Part shown: in pieces, positions 1 to 33,533 of the stretch
Numbering within the stretch: the first letter of the stretch is position 1
Layout of the letters: every line of letters starts with the position of its first letter
Source: the human T2T-CHM13v2.0 reference genome, Homo sapiens
DNA: 64,000 nucleotides
Reading direction: 5' to 3' (one strand)
Assembly (NCBI RefSeq): GCF_009914755.1
Contig: NC_060934.1
Made by a program: the position numbers and the translations under genes
The notes under the pieces: generated by a model
What the model was told of the DNA's origin: nothing
The model's input: only the letters and a program-made list of their open reading frames with translations
Database searches by the model: none

Positions 1-8
1 CCTCAGGC

Positions 9-150
9 AGGGTAGAGGGTGGAGGGTGGAGGGTAGGGGGCAGGGGGTGGGGGGTGGAAGGTGGAGGGTGGAGAGTGGAGGGTGGAGGGTGGAGGCGGGG
101 GGCGGAGGGCAGAGGGTGGGGGGCGGGGGGTGGAGGGTGGAGGGTAGGGA
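9..150 (+). repeat. (GGAGGGT)n-like G-rich low-complexity repeat, ADAM8 intron 2
   Basis: Repeated ggagggt/gggggt units with many G3+ runs. Confidence 0.85.
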
Positions 151-1104
151 ACGGGGCTGTGCTGAAGGCGACCGGCGGAGCCCAGCACTTGGGTAGACAG
201 GAAGGACACGGTGCTCCTCGGTCCTCCCAGGCCTCAGTTTCCCCATCTGACCACGCATGGGTAACGACAATGCCCCTTCCCCGAGAAAGCATAGGGTGGG
301 GGAGGCATAGCCTCAGCCAGGCAGCAAAGGAGGTGGGTGGCGGGGATAGCACGCACAGGCCCCTCCAGCGACAGCTGCCTGCCTCCAGGACCCATCCCTT
401 CCAGCAGCTGCCGGACCTGGTGGTGCCTGCAGAGCCTCCTGCTGGACCACTGCATCTCCAGCCCCCATGTGCAGGCTGGGGCTCGGCCTGCAGAGCTCTG
501 GGACAGCCTTAGCTGTGCCACCGGCTGGATGAGCCCAGGGCAGCGGGCAGGTCGGTAGTAGGTTCCCCGGATGCTGAGGTAAGGACAGGGCTGGGGCCGG
601 AACTGCCCTCCCTGGAAACAGGTGCACACATGCATATGCCGTGCACATGTGTGCACACCCACCCACTCAGGCTTCAGGAATCACCCTCGGGCAGCCCCAG
701 TCGGGGAGGGGGGCATTCTCAGTTTCTAGCCCTGGGAAACCCCCGCCAGGCCCCCCCCCCAACACAGGAAGGTGTGTCAACTCTGCGGTGAGCCAGCGTC
801 ACTTCTCAAAGAGGAATTTGGCTTATCAGCCTCGCCAAGTGAAACTGGGGAGGGGCCTGGGGCCAGCACAACCTGCCCCTGCTCCCTTCCAGGGGTCCAT
901 AGAGCTCCTGAAGGAACGAGGAGGCTGGGAGCCCTCAGGCAGTGCTGGAGGGAGGAACGGAGATGGGCCCCAGGGGGCTAGAGCTGTACAGGGCAGCCCC
1001 AGACACCCACTGGCCTCTCACCACTTTCTGTAAGCTAAAGCTCCTTTCACAAAAATAGGCTCAGGGGCCAGCCAGGGACCCTCCCCAGGCCAGCTTAGAC
1101 TCAC

Positions 1105-1208
1105 CAAGTGGGAGGGCAGAGCTCGGCGGACTCGGGGGCCTGGCAGACGCCGCGGCAACACGACCTCATACTGCTCCATGAGGGCCCAGGGCCGGCTGGG
1201 GGCAATCG
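1105..1208 (-). CDS. ADAM8: ADAM8 exon 2
   Basis: cag|CGATTGCC...CACTTG|gtgagt; AIAPSRPWALMEQYEVVLPRRLPGPRVRRALPSHL. Confidence 0.96.
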
Positions 1209-2438
1209 CTGCAGGAGGGAGGGTCAGCAGGCATGAGGGGCCGGGGGGCAGGTTTCCTTCCCAGAGGCCTCCTGGGCCCTCAGATTCTGTCTCTTGCTGG
1301 GCTTGACCCTCCCCTGGGGAACTCACCAGATAGCTCTGGGACAAAGACTCAAGTGAGGGTTCTGTGCCTAAAAGACCCCAGGAGCGCCCCCAGGCATGGC
1401 CGGTGGGCCTGTGTCCTGCAGCACCCACACACAGTGCTCAGAGACGCTGTGGGTGCCAGCGGGTGCCAGTGACTCCACAGGTCTCCAGGCTGTCTCAGAT
1501 CTCTGGAGGGGCCTGAGGGCAAGGATGAACCTTCCCCCCAGGGAGGAGGACTCGGGCCGCCGACCTGCCCGTTTCCATTCTCCTCCTCCATTCTTCTGAT
1601 CATCTGATCGCATCTAACTGGGGAGCAGGAAGTGCCTCCCGGAGGCTGTTCACCTCCCAAGAACTGGAAACTCCCTGGTATCCGAGAGCAGAGGGCAGGG
1701 TCCCAGCATGCAATGGGCAGGGTTTCGGAGACCACCAACCCCAGGACCCTTTGCTCCCATTAAAACACAATAGTGGACGTGTCTCCATGACCACATCTCC
1801 AACCTGGAGAGGCAGCAGGGGAGCAGCCAGCCCCTATCTGCCCAGGAAACTGGCGGGAAGCAACCCGGCCTCCAGCCTGAAGCTCCTCAGCACACCCCAG
1901 CCCAAGTCACTCCAGGAGCAGGGGTGGGATCCAGGGTCAGCAGCCCCATGTCCTCCCCCAGGCAGGAGACGGGTCCCCTCAGCCCACACCCCTGCACTCC
2001 AGGCCTCAGCTTGTCTGCCCTCCCTTCCCTCCTCGGCTAAATAGTGGGGGTGGGTAGCCCCACAGGTGAATCCCAGGAACCCAGGGCGCCTCGCGCAGCA
2101 GGTGAAGCGTCCTGCTTGGCCCGGCCCCGACCCCACTAACAAGCTCAGAGGCGGGACTTCCCTCTCACAGTTCACCTTTGAAGGTTCCCTCCGACCTCCC
2201 CGGCCTCCCCGGCCCGGGGCTCTCCACCCAGAGACCACTGTGCACCTGATGGCCCGCTCCCAGGGACCAGCCCGAAGCCGGGCCAGGGTGCGGGGTGCGG
2301 GCAGGCCAGGGGCTCGGGGTCCGCGTCGCGTCCTGCGGGGAGAGCCACCCTGCCCCGCGCTGCGCCCGGGACGGTTCCCTGGAACCACTCACCAGGCAGC
2401 ATCATCGCGCCCAGCAGCCAGAGCCCGAGGCCGCGCAT
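1105..2438 (-). CDS. ADAM8: ADAM metallopeptidase domain 8, 5' part (exons 1-2; gene continues off the left edge)
   Basis: join(2393-2438,1105-1208) gives MRGLGLWLLGAMMLPAIAPSRPWALMEQYEVVLPRRLPGPRVRRALPSHL, the ADAM8 signal peptide and prodomain start; GT/AG junctions; 46+104=150 nt. Confidence 0.97.
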
Positions 2439-2760
2439 GGCCGGGTCGGGGAGCAGAGGCGGAGGTGACAGCCCCGCGGGACACGGTCTGGTTCCTGCGC
2501 TCCTGGCCCGAGGCTCTTTTCCGCGCGCCCCGCCCCGGCGCCCCGCAGCCAATGGGCCCCTCGGCCGGTGGGAGGGGCGGGGCGCGCGGCACCTGGGGGC
2601 GGGGTCCGTTTCCCCTCTCCCCACAATCCAGCATCCTCCCTTGCACAGGTGAGGAAACTCAGGCACAGCCTGTCCCAAGTCCGGCCAGAGCCCCGAGAGG
2701 GGGCCTCTCGAAGGACCCGGCGGCTGGAAGGAGGTGGCGCCAGGCAGGTCCTGGAGGGGA
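2200..2760 (-). promoter_or_regulatory. ADAM8 CpG-island promoter
   Basis: High CpG density around exon 1; CCAAT at 2549-2553; GGGGCGGGG GC boxes at ~2575 and ~2596. Confidence 0.8.
2393..2438 (-). CDS. ADAM8: ADAM8 exon 1 coding part (signal peptide)
   Basis: ATG at 2438 in gccATG context; donor G|gtgagt at 2393. Confidence 0.96.
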
Positions 2761-4270
2761 AGGGACTTGTGAGGGCCGCCTGGCGGTTTCAGGAGAGGGG
2801 GTCTCTGATTTCCTGGGGAACAGAAAGCCTCAGGCAGGGGCAAGTCATGGCTTTGTGGGCATAGGTTCAGCCCTGTGGGAAGCTCTGCCACCCTCCCCCC
2901 CAAGCCTGCGCCCCCTCCACCAGGCTGAGGCCTCACCGGAGTGGGATAGGCATGGGCCCGCAGGCGTCCAAGTGGGGAGGGGGAGCCCTAGGTGGGGGTC
3001 CCAGCCCAGGTGATGGCAGGTGCAGGGGCCGTCCCTAGCCTAAGATCCCCAGACAGCAGCTGACGCTGGCCGACGTGGACCAAAGCCTGCAGCAGCCCAC
3101 CGTGGCCTGGCTCCGGCGTCTCCAGGCCTGCGGCCAAGCGTGCTTGCCCTTGGTGACCACATTCCCCGTGGTGGGCTCAGCCTCGAGGGTGCAGGTTTGG
3201 GCTGACACCACAGCTCCCCAGACGGTCCACCCAGGACCCCTCCCTGGGGCTTTCACAGCCAGGCCGCCCTCCTGGGGTGGGAACAGTGGTGGTGGCAGGA
3301 AAGGCAGCTCAGATGACCACACAGGGCGCTGCTGACAGATCACATGGGGGGGGGGGCCCTCAGGGCCTCCCTGGGGAGAGGCAGGGCAGGGCCAGCAAGG
3401 GGCTGGAGGGAGTCCTGCCTGGAGAGAGGGCACCAGGGCAGGGCGAGTCAGGGAACTGCACGGGCCTAGGGGCAGAGGACAGAGGTCAAGGGGCAGTGGC
3501 AAGAAGAGGCCGCGGCCTCGGACGTTATCCTGGGAGGACAGGGAACCCGGAGGATCTAAGCTGGCGTGAGTGATGCTGTCACATTTTGTCTCAAAGCCAT
3601 TCTTACCCTAATGTGAATGGCATGAAAAGCAAGAAAGCAAGGGCTGGCACTGGGCCGCAGGTGACTTCTGCTGCCTGGGGGTGTGTCCGCTTGCCTGTGT
3701 GGCACAGGACGAGGTCCCCCAGGCTGCCGAGAGGCTCCCAGGTAGGGCTGGGGATACTGGCCTGTGCCTGAGCTCATGCAGGTGACCCTGTTATTATAGA
3801 ACAATGGCCAGCTGGCAATCACACTTCCCTTCCTTGACCTCATGGTGCAAGTTACTCAACAGCAAAGTGCAAAGGCGGCACGCTGGCCACATCAGAGGCA
3901 CAGCAAGGCCCCTGCCGACGCTGAGCTACCAGGGATTTATTCCTAAAAAGACAGGACCAGCTTGGGCCAGAACAGGCTCCTCCCGCGCTGAGGAAGTTCC
4001 ACCCAATCCCACAGAACACAGCTCTCCTCTTCAGCAGGTGCCGGGGGGTCTGGGAGCCTGAACCCCACAGCCCTGGAGGCTTCCCTCCCCTCCTCCTGTC
4101 ACCACCTGCAAACCCCACTTCTCAAGGCCCAGGGCTTCCCAGACCCCAGGACACAAGATCAGGGGTTTCTGGGCCTCGGGGCCAGGCAGGAAAGCTAGCA
4201 GGCTCCTCTGCTCACCGGTCCGGCATTTGCACAACACTGAGACTGACAGCTTGGGTTGCTGATAAATGTG

Positions 4271-4276
4271 TTTACT
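4271..4276 (-). terminator. Putative distal TUBGCP2 poly(A) signal AGTAAA
   Basis: Variant hexamer ~1.1 kb past the stop; T/G-rich sequence follows on the minus strand. Confidence 0.5.
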
Positions 4277-5273
4277 CACAGGCCAGACCTGCACAGCCTG
4301 CAGACAAGGAGGAAGCGGTTTGTGGCTGGAGAGTTGGACACCCCCACCCCCACTCGGCGGTGCTCTCAGTGAGGCAGCCCCGGGTGAGAGCTGCCCACAC
4401 CCTTGTTCCCCGCAGGATCCTGTTCTAGCTATCCTTTCTCCCAACCTCGCCTCCAGGGCCCTTCCTCACTGCCCAAGGGGGCCGAGGTGCTGAGAGCTGA
4501 AGGTGACAACAATACACATGCAGGTCAGCAGGAAGGGGCAGCTTGGCCAGAATGTAACCAGAGCAGACCAACCTGGCCGGGCAGCCCTGAGGCTCCCAGG
4601 GCCCTGTCACACTGGGGATGGCGGTGCTGCCCACTGTAGCCCTGGAGGTGGGAAGACAGGGCAGATGATCGCCCGAGGGGGATTGGGTGTCAGTCTGCTG
4701 AGTAACTTCTACGTAACAAGGCGGTACCGGATAGGGCGGGGTGGGGTTTCCAGCCAGCAGCAGAGCCTGCCCCTCGACCCACTCCCACGGAGGGGGAGGT
4801 GTGGGCTCCCAGGGTGCCTGAGGGCCCTGTCTGTGGCCTCCTGCCCTGGACCAGTTGGAGCAGCAGCAGGAGGAGGGTCGTGGAGGCGGGTGAGTCCTCA
4901 GGAGAAGGAACGGGGCTGCCTCTGGGGCCAAAGCAAACCCGACACCCGATGCCCGGTGGGTTTCCACAACTCCCTGACCGTTTCCAGAGGCTTGTCCCGG
5001 TTCCGACAGACCTCAGGAAGCCCGGCCCCAGCTCACCCGGAAAGATGTGGACACCAGGCCTGGATCTTACCCCACATGCATCTTTGCTTGCTCCTGGCTT
5101 AAACACCATGTATTTCCACTTTGAGGCCAAAAACACCCAAAAAGGTGATAGTGTAATTTCAAAAAGCAAACAGATTAGCAAATCCAGGGAGACATCCACC
5201 CTGCCTGGGCAGCTTCTATAAAACGAAACCCAGCGCCTTGAGAAACAAAGTGAGCTGAGTCAATCATTCCTGC

Positions 5274-5279
5274 TTTATA
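5274..5279 (-). terminator. Putative proximal TUBGCP2 poly(A) signal TATAAA
   Basis: AAATATAAAG ~110 nt after the stop, followed by TTTGTTTCT. Confidence 0.5.
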
Positions 5280-5385
5280 TTTAAACTGCAAAGACAGAAC
5301 ACAGAGCATTCGATTTGAAAATTCTGGACCCATTTGCACCAGTCCCTGCTGACCCCACACCCTTCCTTCCTGTCACAGCCAGGGC

Positions 5386-27378
<21,993 letters not shown>

Positions 27379-27542
27379 AGTTTTAGCTCTGAGGCACGAA
27401 CATCACAATATGTTCTCCTATAGGTAAGAAGACAGCTATTCATAAAATTCAAACTGTAGAAATAAAAAACATTTTTTTAAACACTCAAGACTGGCCAATG
27501 TCAGGCTTTGACAAACCAAGTTATCACCTGGCCTGCCTGGCC

Positions 27543-27785
27543 TAGGGCCCCTCCCCCAACAGCCCAGCAGCCTCTCAGAGGGTCCTCTGCATGGGCCTGG
27601 GATTAGGGCCCCTGCCCAACACCCCAGCAGCCTCTCAGAGGGTCCTCTGGACGGGACTGGGATTAGGGCCCCTCCCTGAACTCCAGCAGCCTCTCAGAGG
27701 GTCCTCTGCATGGGCCTGGGATTAGGGCCCCTCCCCGACACCCCAGCAGCCTCTCAGAGGGTCCTCTGGGTGGGCCTGGGATTCA
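27543..27785. repeat. ~60-bp tandem repeat x4
   Basis: tagggcccctccccaacaccccagcagcctctcagagggtcctctg... at ~27543, 27604, 27664, 27723. Confidence 0.9.
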
Positions 27786-28487
27786 CCTGCCTCCAGCTTC
27801 CAGGCGGCCTCCGCAGCTCCGGGAGCCAGCCCCGTGGGCAGCATGAATGGGGCCTGAGACCCAGGTTCCCTTTCCCCTGCACCTCCCTCCACACATGGGT
27901 CTGGGCCAGCAGGGAATGCTCTGCTGCTCGCCTCGGCTTGGGGACAGAGCTTTCTGGTCCCAGACGTGAGGCCTGTGGGGTCTACACAGGGAGCTCTGTG
28001 CAGGCCCAAGCCATTGACACTGTGCCAGCTACCGGCACACACAGTAACATCCCAGCTTCTACCGGAGAGGCCCACACTGGTTCTCAGAGCCCGCGGTGCT
28101 CAGCCGCAGCTCCATTCACTTGGCCGGCTCTGCGTTACTTTTTCACTCTGGTACCCGTGACATCTCCTTTTCTTGCCCAAGCGTGGCTACCGACAGAGAC
28201 GCTTCTGGTAGGACTTCTACACGTTCCCTACACGTTTGAGCTAGGTGAAGTTCCACTGCAGCTCCAGCTGCCCCAGGGGCTCACCAGGAGACATATAACA
28301 CATATGAGATCGAAGGCGTCACAGACACCCAAGTGGGCAGCAGAACACTGCGTGGGGTCAGGGTGTAGGGTGAGCCCACCCCTGGGTCAGGGGGCAGGGT
28401 GAGCGCCGCCCCTACTCTCCCACCAGTGGCTGCTCATTAGCCTCTGTCACCAAGAGTTCCGATACAAGGCCATTAAGACAAACACAT

Positions 28488-28752
28488 GGCTGTGTGCAGT
28501 GGCTCTCGCCTGGAATCCCAGCATTTTGGGAGGCTGAGTCAGGTGAGTCACTCGAGGCCAGGAGTCAAGACAGCCTGGGCAACACAGTGAGACTCTGTCT
28601 CTACAAAAAATACAAAAATTAACTGGGCATGGTAGCATATGCCTGTAGTCTTAGCTACTCGGGAGGCTGAGGTGGGAGGATCGCTTGAGCCACTCCAGCC
28701 TGGGCGACAGAGGGAGACCCTGTCTCAACAAAAAACAAAACAAAACAAAAAA
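28488..28752 (+). mobile_element. Alu (AluJ-like, internally deleted)
   Basis: Alu arms with (CAAAA)n tail. Confidence 0.8.
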
Positions 28753-29025
28753 CACAGGCAAGGCAACTGGCTATAGATTACAAAACAAATATAAGCAAAC
28801 TTTACATGCTTCACAAACATTTCATCTACACAAGGGTTCTTAAGCCGGTATCCATGAGTAATCAGTAACAGATGAGCCCTTGAAAGTTATGGGCAAAATA
28901 ACTTTTTATTTTCTGAGGAGATGACCCTTCAACAAATTCTCAAAGGCTCTATGACCCAAAAAAGGTAAACAACCACTCTGCTGACAGCTTCAGGGAGACA
29001 AGGATGAGCTCAACAAAACATCGAG

Positions 29026-30035
29026 TGTGGGCGGCAAGCCACCCAGGTGCCGAGGCAAGAGACCGAGGGCACGAGCTGTTCCAGTGTAACAAAATATATA
29101 AAACAACAAGAGTTATGCTAGATCTAGATCATAGATATGATTATATATGAATATCATTAATCATCAGTTTGTAGCAATTACTCTTTATTCCAATATTATA
29201 ATAATCCTTGCTCTACAATCATAACCTAGGAAAAACCAGGCCATACAGAGATAGGAGCTGAGGGGACATAGTGAGAAGTGACCAGAAGACAAGAATGTGA
29301 GCCTTCTGTCATGCCCGGACAGGGCCACCAGAGGGCTCCTTGGTCTAGCGGTGATGCCAGCGTCTGGGAAGATGCCCCTTGCCAAGCGGACCTTGGTCTA
29401 GCGGTAGTGTCAGTGTCAAGGAAAAACACCCGCTACTTAGCAGACCGGGAAAGGGAGTCTCCCTTTCCCCGGAGAGTTTAGAGAAGACTCTACGCCTCCA
29501 ACTCTTGTGGAGGGCCTGACATCAGTCAGGCCCGCCCGCAGTTATCCGGAGGCCTGACTGTCTCCCTGTGATGCTGTGCTTCAGCGGTCACACTCCTGGT
29601 CTGCTCTCATGTTCCATCCCGTACACCTGGCTCCGCCCTCTAGATAGCAGTAGCAAAATTAGTGAAAGTATTAAAGTCTTTGATCTTTCTGAAAAGAACA
29701 TAGAAGAAATAATGACATAAGCTGTCCTCTCTCTCTCCGCCTCGGCTACGTAACAGGGAAGGGCCCCATGTCTGGTGGACACATGACGCACATGACCTTA
29801 TCAATCATTGGAGATGACTCACACTCTTTACCCTGCCCCTTTTGCTTTGTATCCAATAAATAACAGCGCAGCCAGGCATTCGGGGCCACTACCGGTCTCT
29901 GCGTCTTGGTGGTAGTGGTTCCCCGGGCCCGCTGTCTTTTCTTTTATCTCTTTGTCTTGCGTCTTTATTTTTACAATCTCTCATCTCCGCACACGAGGAG
30001 AAAAACCCACCGACCCTGTGGGGCTGGTCCCTACA
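29026..30035 (+). mobile_element. LTR13 solo LTR (ERVK group)
   Basis: TG...CA termini (tgtgggcggcaagccacccagg...ggtccctaca), internal AATAAA, near-perfect 6-bp TSD atcgag/atagag. Confidence 0.88.
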
Positions 30036-30942
30036 ATAGAGTACAGAAGACTCAGCACATACTCCCACAATATGCTAATTCACTAACGATTATTAGCACG
30101 GGACTCGACACCGAGATTCTAATCCTGTGTGATGGAAGACAGTTTATCTGTAGATGAACATCAAATACTGGTCACAGGCAGGGTATCTCCGAAAATGGAA
30201 GGAGAGCGATAAGAAGGCATGGTGCTGAGTTGCTCACACACATGCTTTTGACCCAGGAGGTGCTCACGGTAACTACAGTTCAAGCACAAGGCCAGCAGGG
30301 CACGCGCCATGGAGCCCCATGCAGTCTGGACACTGACGTGGCTACTTCTAGGCTGTGGGACCCTGAACAAGGACACGTCCTCTCCAAGCTTCTTCTGAAA
30401 AGGGGAAGCCCTAGGTCCTGCGTAGAGCTGTGGTAGAGAGAAGTGAAATCACCCTGAGAAAGCACAGAAGGGCCCATACGTGGTAAGTTCTTACACTGTT
30501 GTTACCAGGAAAGCAGAAACAAACATGCGGCACCATTGCTCCCTGGAGGTGTTAACTCTGTTATCTGGGAAATGGTTAGGTTTACAAAAGGAAAATTGGG
30601 TCCCAATCACTGACAACATCTTAAACTACCAGATGCTTTTTTAACAGTCATGGGAGCCCTGGACGAGGCCCTGCAAACTACTTGTGAAGCAGAAAAGACA
30701 GCCCAAACTTTCCGGCCAGCGGCCCCTTCAAATCCAAGGGTGGCCTGTTTCACCCACATTCTACTCGGCTCCCCGAGGACTGCAGGTTGTCCTATAACTG
30801 CTGGTCTGAGAAACACTTTGGTCATGCTAGGTGGCAAGAAAACCATTTGCCACCAAAACAAAGCACTCCCCCACCAGACACAAGTCAGGAGAGAAAGCTA
30901 CCTATGAAGAAAAATCATCTGAGTATTTATTTAAAAACTACA

Positions 30943-31307
<365 letters not shown>

Positions 31308-31955
31308 TCATGAGTGTTCATCCCATGAGGAGCCTGCTGCTCTCCCTGAATGTGGGGACCGGGCCTCCAAGAGGGCAGCCCGTACTCGCACAGAGTCCCT
31401 CCCCCCAGAAGACCTTTGGAAAAGTCCTAGGGCAACTCTGGGGTGTCACGGTCATGGAAGGGTGCTCTCGCTACTTAGAGGGCAAGGGCGGGGGATGCTA
31501 ATCATCAACAGAGCTGTCCCGCCAGAAATGCACAGCGTCCCACTGAAAACACAGCTCTGAGGAACATCTAGCCGTGGCTGCTTCTTGGAGGAACGTCTAG
31601 CCATGGCCGCTGACTTGGCCTTCTTGATGCTCCTGAATTCTTACTATTAATCACACAAACTGACAGGCCCAGCAACTGTGACTGGGAGGGACTGACGTCC
31701 TCCTCACAGAGGCTGTGAGCTACCGCAGGGACGCGTGCTGAGGGAAGCAATGCACGCATGTCACACTCCACCACGGACAAGCGGGGCACACACTCCTAGT
31801 GAGCACACACTCCAAGTGATTAAAACACAGAGGGACGTGAAAAAGAGTCTCTGTTGAGAGCTCAAAGCTAACTGTACAAATTGGTTTGAAAAATGTTATT
31901 TTACAACTTGTGGAAAATGTCAAGAGCCCAAAGGCTTTTACAGAGACAGAAAGTA

Positions 31956-32400
<445 letters not shown>

Positions 32401-33259
32401 GGGCAGGCATGGTGGCTCACGCCTGCAGTTACAGCTCTTTGGAACGCTGAGGCAGCAGGACCACTTGAGCCCAAGAATTTGAGGCCGCAGCGATCTATCA
32501 GCTATGATCGCACCATTGCACTCCAGCCTGGGTGACAGACGAGAAAGCTAAAGCCTCTATCCGCCACTGGGCCCATTCTCTGCAGTAGATCTGAAGCGTC
32601 CACTGCTTCCCGCGTGTGTTGTCATTCACCATTTTAATTAGGTGACTCTTTACTCTGACGTCTGTCTCTCCTACAAGGCTGCCGCGCCCTCCTGTGATGC
32701 CTTCCCCCACACGCCCTGAGCACCTAGCACAGGTCCTGTGTTTCACGGGAGCTGCGGGGACTGGAGAGGTCGACAGGACCCCGACAAACCAGGAAAGGGC
32801 CTTTGAACTAAAGTAACGGGAAGTCACCCAAGGGCTTTAAATTAAAAACGGTTACAATAAAACTGGAGTCACTTTGGCTCCAGTTCGCGACTGGTTTAGA
32901 GGGAACAAGATCCAGGGACTGCAGCGGGAGACGACAGGCGGGGCAAGGCGGACGGGAGAGGGCGTGCGAGAGGGGGACCTGCGACCCGGCTTCCCAGGGC
33001 TGGGAGGGGACACCCGGGACGACCCGGAGGCCCGCTCCGCCCCGCCCCGGCTGAGTGTCGGGCCGCGGGGCAAGACGCTGGCCTGGCCGGTGCAGGCCCG
33101 AAGGGCTTCGGCCCCAGAGTTCGGGGACCGCTGCACAGCCAGAGGGAGCGCGCGGGAAGAGCCGCGTCCCGCCAGCCCCGTCGCCTCGTGGGCCCCCCCG
33201 GGCCTGGCAGTCCCCCAACCCCCTCATCACGCCCGCGCCCGCGTTCGGCCAGGACTCAC

Positions 33260-33310
33260 CGCAGTCCCGGAGCCACAGCCCCCGCGCAGCCCCCGACGGC
33301 GGCGGAAGTG
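33260..33310 (-). other. TUBGCP2: TUBGCP2 non-coding exon 1 (TSS approximate)
   Basis: Donor G|gtgagt at 33260 inside the CpG island. Confidence 0.75.
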
Positions 33311-33380
33311 AGCGTGACGTCACGTCCGGCTCGGCTCGCGGACGGTGGCCGACAGGCTGCGCCCGCCCGCGCCCGGGGTG

Positions 33381-33533
33381 ATGCAGTTGCCCCCCGCGCT
33401 GTGCGCCCGCCTCGCTGCGGGGCCCGGGGCGGCGGAGCCGCTGCCTGTAGAGCGGGATCCCGCGGCTGGGGCCGCGCCCTTTCGCTTCGTTGCGCGCCCC
33501 GTGCGCTTCCCGCGGGAGCACCAGTTCTTCGAG
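33381..33533 (+). CDS. ZNF511: ZNF511 exon 1
   Basis: MQLPPAL...REHQFFE|gtgcgt. Confidence 0.94.

Noticed and set aside
33345-33380. N-terminal extension of ZNF511 (MADRL...)
   Set aside because: Starts at GTG very close to the likely TSS; the ATG at 33381 gives the known protein lengths
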